Below, piece after piece: positions 40,172 through 53,089 of a stretch of 64,000 nt of DNA. The translations under genes were made by a program, and so were the position numbers. Location: the NCBI GenBank assembly GCA_044892505.1, contig CM097883.1:389422001-389486000 (forward strand). Direction: 5' to 3'. This stretch comes from Schmidtea nova. Taxonomy: Eukaryota. The first letter of the stretch is position 1; every line of letters starts with the position of its first letter. The notes under the pieces are model-generated. The model saw only the letters and a list, made by a program, of their open reading frames with translations, did not search any database and was not told the DNA's origin.

Positions 40172-41689
40172 GTTCATTGTTAAGCTTATAATTTACATGA
40201 GTGGTTTCCAAATTTTATGTTACTAGAACCCCTTCTAGAAAGATCTAATTTTAGTGTCTCCCCCCCCCTTTTTCATAAAATAATCCAGACACATTTTTAA
40301 ATGTAAAAATGTATTAATACCAAAATGAAGAATATATAAGTTATAGGTTAAAGAATTTTATGTTATGTAAAGAAAATTTATTTATATGTAAATATTTTTT
40401 TTATTTATATATGTTATATTTCGGTTCTCGCTTCCTGTTACATTAGTCCTCAAATTCCACTTTAGAAATCGTTATCTACATTATATATTTATTGGAACGA
40501 AACAAAGACAGAAATCAGAGGAAATTTTACTTAAAACCTTCTGTTTTTAAGAATCTCACCTTTGGAAATGAATATTTTAATAACTTTAGGTGAGATCACA
40601 AGAAAATAGATATTATAAAAATCAAAAAAAATAATAAAATATTTTCTAAAAAAACATTTATTTTATAAAGTTTTAATAAATTTTTGTTTAAACTAATAGG
40701 TTTTATTTTACTTTTTTTAGAAATATTATTTTTCGATAAGATTTGTATTATTTTTTAAATCAAGAATTTTAAAAAATATTCAAAAAACAGAGAATTCCAA
40801 CTTAATAAAACAAAAAATAAATCAATTAACAAAGCAATATTAATGGATCATAAATTTTTAGATTTCTTCCCATTTGAACACGATAAATCAAATATCAACT
40901 CAAAAATCCGTATTGCGTAGCCGTGAGATAGATCAACAATTGATGCAGGATCAGGAATTGAGGAAAAAAGAAATTCAAATACTAGTTCTAGGTAATTTTA
41001 AAAATATTTTAATATTAATTAATAGTTTTATTACATCAATCTAAAAACAATTCTGCTTTGTCTTAAATCGGGATGAAGTATTATTTTCTCCAATTGCAGA
41101 CCCCCTTTTCCACCAAAATTTATGGGAAAAAATATAACTATGAAATTGAAGTAGAATATCAAAACGATTGCGACAAAATTTATGTTAACCACTTGAAACA
41201 CAAACTTTTACAATAAATTGTATTTAACATTTTGAAATAAAAAAAGGCTGAGAAAATAAAATAAAATAAACAATATAAAATACTAGAAATAAAATACCAT
41301 ACACATTTAATACAAAAAAAGCAATTTTCAATGAACCGCCTCTTCTGTAATTATATATTATTATTATATATTATTATATATTATTATTATATATTAGTAT
41401 TATATATTAGTATTATATATTAGTATATTTATTAGTATATTATTATTAGAATATTTTAATAAATTATTAAAATTTTTATAGTATATATTAATAATTTTTT
41501 AAAGGAAATGTGATCAAGGTCAAGTTTAGGAGAAATTTATTAATATAATTTAAATAAGTTAACAAAAAGTTTTTCATTTAAACCAGATTTTAAATGGCAT
41601 TTTTTATAGAAAAGAACAAAATATATCGTAGATGTCGAACTACAAAATACAATGCTAATATCTTTACCTTTACGCTATTTTTCTAAAGA

Positions 41690-41800
41690 TTTTCACTGCG
41701 GAGAGGAGCATTGCAATGTTTTCGCAAATTTAAATTGTTTTACTACGTTTATTGTAATTACCGCACCCAAGACATTGGCGTTGTGGAAGAAGTATTTTCA
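41690..41800 (-). pseudogene. Possible piggyBac-type C-terminal Cys-rich finger remnant
   Basis: QRQCLGCGNYNKRSKTI*ICE..CNAPL after allowing a stop and a frameshift; weak. Confidence 0.25.
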
Positions 41801-42496
41801 TACAACCTTTGATTATTTATAATATAAGTTTTGTGGTAATTGACAAACTTTCTCGCCAATTAGCAAAATTTCAATTCCGTTCAAATTTTCAGGATTATTT
41901 CTCGTGAGAAAGACACAAGAGTTATTACCGAGAAATTTCTGTATCTTTATCAGAAAGGTATTCTAGATTCTCCTCTTTATTATTGTTAATTGCATCAGAA
42001 TTCAAATAGGTTGAACTAATTGGCCTGAAGATTATTTGACGTGTGTCTTCATCACTGTTACAGTTTTCATTTATTTTCTATTTATTAACTTTTATTATTA
42101 TTTATTTTATTTTTATTTTAATTTTACACCCTTATTACTACTTATTAAAAGAAAATAGCTAATATATGTTTATTATTAATTTTTTTAAATATTATTATTT
42201 TTTTAACATTGAATGTTATTTTTTATCATAATTATCTTTTTGTTTTACCTTTGATCTCTTTTTATTAATTATAGTGGGATATTTGATTTCATTAACCCTT
42301 ATTATATATATTGTGTCATGCCTGCATGTGTGATTGATTATGCTTGATTGACTGGGTCCTTAGATGACATCATTGTTTATTATTTTCCCAAGAAGCTTTG
42401 CTGATTGTACTGGTGTCGGCACACCGGTTACTATAAATAGTACCAAGATTTCTTAAATAAAGTTTTAGAACTTCACAAGTCATTCTTATTCTTTAC

Positions 42497-43503
42497 ATGG
42501 CGACCACGCTTTCAACTCAGGAATTTATACGGATTCTCCCACAGCCGAAAATCTATTCAATTGGAGACGATTTGGAAGAATTTATTGAGAAGATTGAATC
42601 ATATTTTTCAATTATTCAGTTAGACAATAGTCAAAGAAAGGTAATTGTTCGAGCTTATTTGGACGAAAATTGCCGCAACAAATGTGACAAGATTCCAGAT
42701 GAAGAAGATTATGTGAAAAGACTTAGACTAGCGTTCGAAGTAAACCAGGATTTAGCTAAGGATTTGGAAAATTTGCTAAATTATCGAAAAAGAGAAGATG
42801 ATGCAGAAACATACATCAGCAAAATTGAGAAAGGTGTTCAGAAAATTCTGAAGCACAAGCTAACAATGTCAAATTTGACAACATTCTTCCTAAAGCATTG
42901 TCTTGATAATGAAGAAGAAAAACGTGAAATAAAAAGATATGAAATGACAGAAGATTTGCTGAAAGTAAAATTATCGAAAGAAGATTTCAGAAATGATGGA
43001 AAGGTCCAACGGCAAATAAATATATTAAAAGAATTTTACAGAAATTGGATGAAGATAAATCAAAGATAGAACAAGTTTCAGCCATTGGAAATGCCTCTTA
43101 CGCGTCAATTGTGAAAAACGGTCAATACAATTCCAATGAAAAAAGAAATAGTTATGGAAATCAGCGAAATCAAATTGATAAGAAAAATGAATTTTCAAAA
43201 TTACAAAGAAATCAATTTCAAGGACGATCAGATTATCAAAGGAATTTCAGTAGAAATTTCAGTGGAAGACCTCAAAATGGAAACAATTATCAAAATCGAA
43301 GTTCAGATCAATATTCAAAAGTGCAATGTTACGCATGCCGTGAAATTGGTCATATTCGTCGGGAATGCCCAAATATTCGTTGTTCGTGTTGTGGAAAAGC
43401 AGGTCATTTAAGTTTCCAATGTTTTCAGAAACAACATCACTACGAGATGGGATTTCAAAGAACTTCGAATCAAAACAATGGAAATTTCAATCGATACAAT
43501 TAA
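42497..43503 (+). pseudogene. Gypsy gag (frameshifted) with two zinc knuckles
   Basis: ORFs 42497-43069 and 43045-43503; CYACREIGHIRREC and CSCCGKAGHLSFQC. Confidence 0.9.
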
Positions 43504-44399
43504 AGTTCTAATCAAGAAAATGATCGAAACAATGGAGATCACGTGGCTGCAGTAGATGATGACGAATCGAGAGACTATGATGGACAGTCAGAGATATCGG
43601 GAAATGCCAAAGCTCCGAGCAGAGGGGATATGTTAGGAGCGATAAATCACATGTAAGCAATGATAAATTTTTGAGGACCCTAAATGTTGAATGTAATGAT
43701 TGTTTGGTTGATTGTTTGTTTGTTTGATAATGTTAATGTTGATTTTTTCCCAAATCAAAAATCTGATTATGATTTTTATTTAATTAATAATTGTAATAAT
43801 GAACAAAATGAGAATGACTGTATATTTGTAAGTGATTGTTATAAAAATGATTGCATTTTAAATATATTTAATAAAAAATTAAAATTACCGAGTGTAAATG
43901 TTATTAAAGATATATTTGATATAGGATATTGTAAGGTAGATGGTAGACCATTTAATAATGTTAAATTAAATAATGTGATTTTTAATTCATTATTTAAAAT
44001 AAGTGTTTTATCTAAAATGATTGTTGAAAAATTGAATTTAAAATATTTTAATGAAGGAAATAGAAAGATATCTTGTGCCAACGGTAGCATGTTAGGGATT
44101 TAAGGAAAGTTTCTTTAAGGTTAGAGTTCAACAATAAAGAAATAACTGGAGAATTTTTCGTTGCAGAGGAAATATACCCAGAAGTAATTATAGAAATAGA
44201 TATATTGAATTCTTTAAATATTAAGTTAGTTGAATTTTGTAATGAAAATGTTCTCAGTTTGCAAGCAAAATTTGGTAATAATTTAAAATTAAATATTAAA
44301 AATAAATATATTAATGAAATATTGAAAATTGAAAGATGCAATCCGATATATTAAATAGTTATTGAATTCTCATATATTTTTAGGTGTAATAAATGGGAT

Positions 44400-46320
44400 A
44401 TAGGCAAAACAGATATTTTAAAGCACAGAATAGAAACTAACTGCAATCCAATACCAATTAAGCCATGGCGACAAAAAAGGGAACTTCTGAAATTTGAATG
44501 TGTTTGGATTTTAGGATTTTAAATTCAAATACAGTTAGACCAGCTTTTCCAATTCCCAATATTGATGAAATGCTAGATTTATGACATTAATAGTTGGAGA
44601 TATGATGTGGAATGAAGCATTAGTCTATTTAGATGACATACTGATCTTTTCGAAAACTATTGAAGAACAAAAAGAAAGAATAAATAAGCTTTTCCTTAGA
44701 ATTAGGAAATCTGGACTAAAAATTAACCCTGAAAAATTAAAGTTCCTAGTATCTGAATTAAAGTTTCTTGGACATATAATTAATGAAAAAGGTATTAAAA
44801 CAGATGAGTCTAAGATTGAAACAATTAAAAATGTAAAGCAGCCTAATTGTGTGAAACATCTCAAGAGCTTTTTAGGATTGTGTAATTACTATAGGAAATT
44901 TATTCAAAATTACTCAAAAATAACTAGGCCATTGGAATCTTTAATTGGAGGTAAAAGCAAAAGTATTATTTGGACATCACAATGTGAAAAAGATTTTGAC
45001 GAGTTAAAACATAGTTTGATCAGTGCACCATTACTATGTCATCCGGATTTTAATAAAAGGTTCATTTTAGACATCGATGCTAGTTTTGATTGTATTGGTG
45101 CTGTTTTATCACAAAGAGGTGACGATAATGAAGAAAAGATAATCGCATATGGTTCAAAAAGTATGAATAAACATGAAATTGGGTACTGTATAACAAGAAA
45201 GGAATTATTATCTGTTTTCCATTTACACAGCATTTTAAACATTATCTGTACGGAAAAAATTTATTTTAAGAACTGATCATAAGGCAATCACATTTATGTT
45301 AACTACAAAAAAACCAATTACCGCTCAGTTTCAAAATTGGAGAAATCTTTTAAGTAGTTTGGACATGAAATTAGAATATCGCAAAGGTGAGAAACACAAT
45401 AATGCGGATGCACTATCACGACTGAATATTGGAAATTGCACACAATGTCAGATGAATTATATTGATGCTAAAGCAGAAAGAATTAAAACTAAAATTTTAG
45501 CAATGTCGATAGAAGATCAAACATTTAAATGGCAAAGTAATTCTGAAAAAAAATAATGGAAATAAAAGAAAACATTCAGAACGGCAAAACTGAAGATTAT
45601 CATGTGGATAATGGAATTATTATGACTCATAATAATAAAATATATATTCCTTCATATTTGAAAAATGATTTTATACTAGAAATTCATAAAGAATTGTGTC
45701 ATGCAGGAATCAACAAAACGACAAGCTACATAAAGAATTATTATAATTTCCAAGAAACGGATAAAAGTATTAAGAGAATTATCACAACTTGTGAAATTTG
45801 CCAGAAACGTGAAGCATTCGCTGGTAAAACAAAAGAAGTTATTGAAAAACTAATTGCTCATGAACCATTTGAAAAAATATATATTGATTTTTAAGGCCCT
45901 TTTAAAATGACACCATCTGGTAAAAGATATGTGATGGCTATAACAGATCATTTTAGTAAATATATAGTATTAAAAGCTGTAAGAATACAAGAAGAAAGGA
46001 CATTAATTGATAATCTGGAAAGTTCGTGGATATTGAAGTTTGGACCACCAAAGGAAATTCATGTTGATAAAGGAAAATGTTTCGAATCTCAAGCTTTTAA
46101 AAATATGGCAGTAAAGTATCACTTGAAGATGGTTTATTCAAGTCTTTATCATCATCAATCTAATGGACAAATTGAAAGGCAATTTAGAACGCTAACAGAC
46201 TGGATTTCCTGCTGTTTGGAAGAGAAACAGTTAAAGACATGATCAGAAGCATTGCCTCATATAGAATTTGCAATGAATTCAACAATGCAGTCAAGTATAA
46301 AAGTTAGTCCTGTTGAAGTA
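44400..46320 (+). pseudogene. Gypsy pol (RT, RNase H, integrase), fragmented
   Basis: PAFPIPNIDEML, VYLDDILIFS, FLGLCNYYRKFI, LDIDASFDCIGAVL, HKELCHAG..CEIC, ITDHFSKY, HHQSNGQIERQFRTL. Confidence 0.93.
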
Positions 46321-46954
46321 ATTTATGGAAGGAAATTTTGCAAAGAGCGTTTTACTAACGGTCCAGAAATAATGCTAAAGAACGAAAGAAACATAAAATA
46401 GCATACTTATTCATAATTTTCCATCAAAAATTACTGATTTTTCACATTTTAAATAATTTTTTGCACTGATTTATCTTGTCTCATTCCGACAGTAGCACAA
46501 TCATTGAACCGTAAAAATAATTACAATCAGGAAAATCGAATACATATATCTTTTGGAGTCGGTGAATTGGTACTGGTAAAGGAAGATATCAGAAACAAGC
46601 AAGATAATGGAAATAATGGAAAAATATAATAAAAATAGTTATTTATTAAAGAATGCTGATAATAAATGTATTACTAGAAATGTGGAATGGCTAAAGCCAT
46701 TAAAAACGAAGGGGGTGTGATCTAATTATAATGGGATATTTGATTTCATTAACCCTTATTATATATATTGTGTCATGACTGCATGTGTGATTGATTATGC
46801 TTGATTGACTGGGTCCTCAGATGACATCATTGTTTATTATTTTCCCAAAAAGCTTTGCTGATTGTGCTGGTGTCGGCACACCGGGTACTATAAATTGTAC
46901 CAAGATTTCTTAAATAAAGTTTTAGAACTTCAAAAGTCATTCTTATTCTTTACA

Positions 46955-47145
46955 TCAATAATTTCCATAATAGTTTGACTATGGATAAAAATTTTATTTA
47001 ATAAGTACACAATATTTTGGCACATCCTTTATCAAGTATGTATATGATAATGGCTGTGCCAAAATATTGTGTACTTATTAAATAAAAGTTTTGATCTATA
47101 GTCATACCATTATGGAAATTATTAATATATAATAATATTTATTTA
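46955..47145. mobile_element. Head-to-head PLE-tail pair whose left arm is split by the Gypsy element (distal part at 42224-42265)
   Basis: Inverted arms around 47040 with ggctgtgccaaaatattgtg; ttatcataattatcttttt...cctttgatct at 42224 is the missing distal tail. Confidence 0.7.
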
Positions 47146-47181
47146 TTTCATATTTATTAACTTTGATTTTTTAATTAATTA

Positions 47182-47249
<68 letters not shown>

Positions 47250-47509
47250 AATATAAATAAATAAATACATTAAAATAGAAATGTAAATATATACACACAC
47301 ACACATATATATATATATATGTGTGTATATATTTACATTTCTATTTTAATGTATTTATTTATTTATATTTTTCATCGCTCAAACAATACCTTAATAAAAT
47401 TTGGAGAATTTTTATAAATAATAACAATGAAACAACAGTATGAATATACTTTATTTGTAAAAGCAACTTTAGACTAAAGTTTTAGTCGTTTAAAAAGAAT
47501 ATATTTAGT

Positions 47510-47700
47510 GATTTATTCAGCAATTTTTATCCAAAGTATTTGTTGATTTGGTCAGCAACTCAGTGTTTGTATCCACATATTCCTTGAAAATGGATTCTAG
47601 CCGTTGACACGATAAATTTTTACGAACTGATATGAATCAATAAACCGTATTCTAAGTCCACCAGCGTATATAATATAAGAGAAATATTTTAGTAAGTTGA
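47510..47700 (-). pseudogene. Possible Maverick/Polinton protein-primed DNA polymerase B fragment
   Basis: LRIRFIDSYQF and FKEYVDTNTELLTKSTN resemble pPolB motifs; short and interrupted. Confidence 0.35.
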
Positions 47701-48325
47701 TCGTGAACTTAATTTAAACTATATTTAAGAATATGATGCAAGTTCTATCCTTTCAAATTATGAAAAACAACAATCAATATCTCATTGATATTTCTCAATT
47801 TATTTTCTCAATTAATATTTATGAATATATATGACGGAGGCACTACAAATAACAACTTAATTTGGATCTTAAAAATGCCAATATATTATATATTTATAAG
47901 GTTCTGTCTTTTGATAAGTAGTTAGAGGTCTACGAAAAAGTGATAATTTTCGTTAAATAACCATTTTTTTAATATAATAACCTTGTTTTTTTATAAATTC
48001 CTTTAATTGGTTGTTCGCAATTTATTTATTTTTTATAAAAAATGCGTGTTGAGTATAATTTGTTTTTGTTTAAATGATTTAGTTTTCTATTGTATTCTTT
48101 TTTTATCTTACATTTTGAAAGGAAAAGATTAAATGCGCGTTTTTACTATTAAATAATTATATTTATATTATTAGTGGACTTTCTAGTAAAATAGTAGTTG
48201 CAATATTGAGTTGCTAGTAAAATTTATATAACATTGAGTGCTAACAACTATTTATAAATGAGTAACATAAAAGGCTAAGAGAATCCACAATTTATATTAA
48301 TTTACATAATATGACCATTATACAT

Positions 48326-48845
48326 CTAATTGGTCGCACTTTTGACAGTGACAATTTTCTCCTCATTACAAGCAGACATGACAGTGACAAGAACTTGGTC
48401 ACCTTTATCGAATCGAGCTTGAATTTCGGCTTGCAATTCCCCTCCGGGAAGTTGAACGTCTTCTTTAATATCTCCTTTTTCCGACATCAAACTTGTAAAG
48501 TTATCACCAGAAATATCAATCAACTGATATTCGAGTCTCTTGATAATTGGTGCCTCTCTGTTGGCAGTTGATGGGGAAACGTCTTCAAGTTTTTTGTCGG
48601 TAAAGATATCAATTGCAACAACTTGTACTTTGGCAGATCCATGTTTACCGGTTTTGCAGGTGCTCATATCGACAATTTTGCATGGTCTATCTTTGATCAT
48701 GATATATTGACCTTTACGAAAAGCGCTCATTTGTTTTGGAACATACAAAGCTGCTCCGGAATCGACATTATCAAAGGTTTCTTCGTAGTCAGACTATTAA
48801 TATAATTAATAAACTAATTGTAACTTAAAAAAATATATTTACCAT
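48326..48845 (-). CDS. EIF5A: Translation factor eIF5A, 156 aa; exon 1 = ATG only (48843-48845), intron 48794-48842, exon 2 48326-48793
   Basis: RPCKIVDMSTCKTGKHGSAK hypusine loop, VAIDIFT, EYQLIDI; frame extends upstream to SDYEETFDNVDSGA, bounded by AG; GTAAAT...TAATAG intron of 49 nt joins it to an ATG. Confidence 0.95.
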
Positions 48846-49998
48846 AATTATTTGTTATGAAAGTATAAATGTTATAAAATAACAATTTATTTAAACAAAT
48901 AATGAATTTTAAATTTAGAATTAAAAATTTTAAAATTAAATTGAAAAATTTCAAAAATTCAAAAATGTTTGTAAAATTTTTTTTTTTAAATTTTTTTTAA
49001 AATTTTTTTGCTTGTTATTTTAACTTTTAGTTATATTTTTAAAAATTATAAATTTAAACAATATGAGGTAATATATTTGAAATTTTATTTTAAATCCCAA
49101 AAAAGTTTAAATTAGTTATTTTTAAAATTAGAAATGTTGAAGTTTTACTGAGCACTAAAGGAATTCATATAAAATAAAAATTATTTTAATTTTTAATAAA
49201 TTTAAATGCTGTTAATTGAAAACAAATAAAGGTGTTGAAAATTAAGATTTTATTGAAAATTAGATAATTACACATGATTATAATATTTTGATGAAAACTG
49301 AAAAGTAGAATCTGCCAAATATTAATGAGACAAGTCTCAACCAAAATATACTAAATTCGACAGCGCAGATATGATTTTTTCTTGGGGCTGTCCAACAGAG
49401 AGTAGCGAGACACTTTAGAATTTAAAATTTTTTATAGGAAATAGAAAAAGAGTAGGATTTTTTTCTATATATTTATTGTTTATCATATTCTGTCTGAAAA
49501 CTCGCTACATTCTTTTAAAACTTTTTATACTTTTCACTAATATAAAAAAAGATACATTACACTCATACCTTTTTATGTCTATTCCGATTCTGTATACAAT
49601 CCAAAAATGTTCGAATTACAGCTATCAAAACATAGATAAAAAATAAAAATATAATTAGTAACAAAAAATGGACAGCTGAGCTGATGTTTAAATTGCTTCG
49701 TTATACGAAATTTTACTCTACGGCCAATTTTCTGGGAATATATTTAGGCAGAACGAAAGTGTTGGTATAAAAGTAGAGAATTTTAGACGAAACAAATTTT
49801 ATCATTAATCATTATAATAAAAAGACTTTTAATATTTTCACATTTTTCTGTAAGTCCCTATCGATATTTACTTAATTTTAATATATCTCTTTCTTTACCT
49901 TTTTTTACATATAAAAATCCCATAGGCAGTTCCATTGAACATTCTTTCTGGATTTCAATTGAATGAATTAACTGTATAGCACGTTCACTGTCACGTTA

Positions 49999-50086
<88 letters not shown>

Positions 50087-50840
50087 CATAATTATCTTTT
50101 TTCACCTTTGATCTTTTTTTATTATTATTATCAATAATTCTCATAATGACTATAGATCAAAATTTTTTTTTATAAACAATAACACAATATTTCGGCACAG
50201 CCTTTATCAAGTGTGTATTTCTATCGTTATATTTACTTAATCCTAAATAGTAGCCTTAATTATTTTTTTAATATTTTATAATGATTTTATTGGATGAAAA
50301 AATTTATTTTAATTTTTTTGTGCGAATTGAATGTTGATGGACGGTTTGTATTTTTTTATGAAAAAAGTCTCGGAAGCTAATCTTTGTAATGAATTTTTGA
50401 ATCCCTCTTGTAGAATCTGGCATTTTGTTTCTTCTATAGATGGAGTTGTTTTATGTACTTTCTCCCAGTGTTCGTAATAATTACTGGTTTTGATTTTAGT
50501 GTGTTCATTAAGTCGGGTGCGAAAAGTTCTATGTGTTTCTCCTATGTAAGTAGCGTCACATTTTTGGCAAGAAAGTTTATATACTATATTTTTGGAAAAG
50601 CAAAAGCATCGGGTTGTGGAACGGCAAAGACATTTATGTTTGGAGATGTTGGAAATTGGTGGCTTTCGGAGTTGTGATTTTAACGGTGCGGAGGTTATGA
50701 ACGTTGGACGGATGTGGATAGGCAAATCTGTTTGATTAAAAATGTTGGTGATTTTGTTGGCTGTAGTGTCATTTAGGAAAGGTAATCTTAGATATGTTGT
50801 GTGTTTGTTATTGTTATTGTGTTTCTGGCGTTTTTTTTTC

Positions 50841-52962
50841 TACAAACAAATCTAATCACATTTTTTCAAAAACACAAGAAAACATCCTCGCTCTAGGACC
50901 ATCTTTTGTTCCTCCACCTAACCAGAAAGATTTAGAAAAAGCCGAAATCATCACTAACGCCTCTCTTATAAGCCTAAGAAGACAAATAGGATACCATCTA
51001 AAACCAATTTCATCCACCAAATCTTCAAGTTTAGCTGAAAAGCACAATCATCTTCTGGATCCAAATCGTAGAACATATCCAAATATGCCTGTCTTTTCGA
51101 CTGAACTTGAAGAAAAACTCAGCTGTTTAGAAACTAAAGTCAAAACTTTAGTCAGAGAACAAATTATCTTTCTTGAAAAACATTGCTCAACACAAAATTC
51201 TTTCACTTCAAACATAAAGAAAATTAAGAATTCCAAAGACTTCACAATTCTTCCATCAGATAAAACAAATCGACTAATTGCTCTTGACACAGAACAATAC
51301 AATACTCTATTTGAAGAACATCTCTCGAACTATGAACCGATAAACAAAATAATCTTACCTGCATCGACTCAGATTTTATACAATAAGAAACTGTCAACAC
51401 TTGCAAATAAACAAATCAACCTTCAAATCAAAGATTTACTTTTAAAATGCAACTGCAGTGAGCCTTTACCTAGTAATATGACTATGTTACCTAAAGATCA
51501 CAAAAGTCCTTTAAAAGGTAGACCTCTTGTATCTGCAGTTGACACTCCTTCCACAACACTTTCTAAAGTTCTTTCAGAAATCCTAAAAACACTTTTGCCT
51601 TTGGTTCCTTCTCATCTTAAAAACACAACTGAATTCGTCTCCGAAATTACAAATACGTCTCTTCCGTTAAACTCAGGACAACAGTACTTCTGGGGATCTC
51701 TTGACGTTTCCAATCTTTACGGATCTATTCCTCTTCACGGAGAGAATAACATTTTCGATATCGCAGCTTCTTTCTTTGAAACTCATAAAGCCAACACTGA
51801 CCTCGCAGACTTAACTAAACAAGACTTTATAGAACTTCTAAAATTAGCAATAAATTCAGATACTGTCATAATTAAAGAAAAACCATTCAAACAAATTCAT
51901 GGATTAGCCATGGGTAATAACCTTTCTCCCATCTTAGCCATCTTCTACATGAACTTTATAGAATCTAAGATCATATCTTTTTTTGGGGACAAAATACTTT
52001 TCTGGAAACGATACATCGACGACATCTTCATAGTCTCCACAATCCCTCTCAATCAAATCCTATCACACGCAAATTCTACTAACACCAACATACAATTTAC
52101 TTTTGAAACACCGAACACAGAAGGTAAAATACCGTTTTTAGATACCATGGTAAGTTTCACAAAAGGCCAAGATACACTAAATGCAAACACCGAGCTATAT
52201 TCTAAAGGTTTACATAGCGGTCATATCCTCCCATGGAAAAGCCACGTTCCACTTCAACGCAAAATCGCATTACTAATAGGAGAAAGAAAAAGAGCCATAA
52301 GAAACTGTTCAGACGCAAACAAAATACAAGAAACATTAGAAAACTTCAAAATACGATTCCTCCAAAATGGATACCCTGAAGACTTTGTAAAGAAACACTT
52401 CCTTAACGAACCATACCACAATAAACGCAACAATAGAAAACGCCAGAAACACAATAACAATAACAAACACACAACATATCTAAGATTACCTTTCCTAAAT
52501 GACACTACAGCCAACAAAATCACCAACATTTTTAATCAAACAGATTTGCCTATCCACATCCGTCCAACGTTCATAACCTCCGCACCGTTAAAATCACAAC
52601 TCCGAAAGCCACCAATTTCCAACATCTCCAAACATAAATGTCTTTGCCGTTCCACAACCCGATGCTTTTGCTTTTCCAAAAATATAGTATATAAACTTTC
52701 TTGCCAAAAATGTGACGCTACTTACATAGGAGAAACACATAGAACTTTTCGCACCCGACTTAATGAACACACTAAAATCAAAACCAGTAATTATTACGAA
52801 CACTGGGAGAAAGTACATAAAACAACTCCATCTATAGAAGAAACAAAATGCCAGATTCTACAAGAGGGATTCAAAAATTCATTACAAAGATTAGCTTCCG
52901 AGACTTTTTTCATAAAAAAATACAAACCGTCCATCAACATTCAATTCGCACAAAAAAATTAA
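50841..52962 (+). CDS. PLE reverse transcriptase-GIY-YIG endonuclease; open from 50794, but 50794-50835 derive from the inverted arm, so the native start is lost
   Basis: ILALGPSFVP, SLDVSNLYGSIP, GLAMGNNLSP, RYIDDIF, IPFLD, CLCRSTTRCFC, IVYKLSCQKCDATYIGET, RLNEH, RLASETFFI, PSIN; no stops. Confidence 0.93.
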
Positions 52963-53056
52963 AATAAATTTTTTCATCCAATAAAATCATTATAAAATAT
53001 TAAAAAAATAATTAAGGCTACTATTTAGGATTAAGTAAATATAACGATAGAAATAC

Positions 53057-53089
53057 ACACTTGATAAAGGCTGTGCCGAAATATTGTGT
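53057..53089 (+). ncRNA. Putative variant type I hammerhead in PLE 3' tail (same core at 32816-32848 +, 31950-31982 -, 50182-50214 -)
   Basis: ACAC-UUGAUAA-A-GGC-ugu-GCC-GAAA-UA-U-U-GUGU: U3/A8 replace C3/G8, extra A after A9, loopless AUAU stem III. Confidence 0.7.

Larger units (their letters stand above)
42266..46954 (+). mobile_element. Ty3/Gypsy LTR retrotransposon with both LTRs, non-functional
   Basis: 5' LTR 42266-42497 (first 7 nt missing), 3' LTR 46716-46954 (TGTGA..TTACA), 8 differences in 232 nt; PBS TGGCGACC; PPT AAAAACGAAGGGGG; gag with two CCHC knuckles, RT YLDD at 44626, RNase H DAS/TDH/ADALSR, integrase HHCC and core; frameshifts and internal deletions. Confidence 0.97.
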
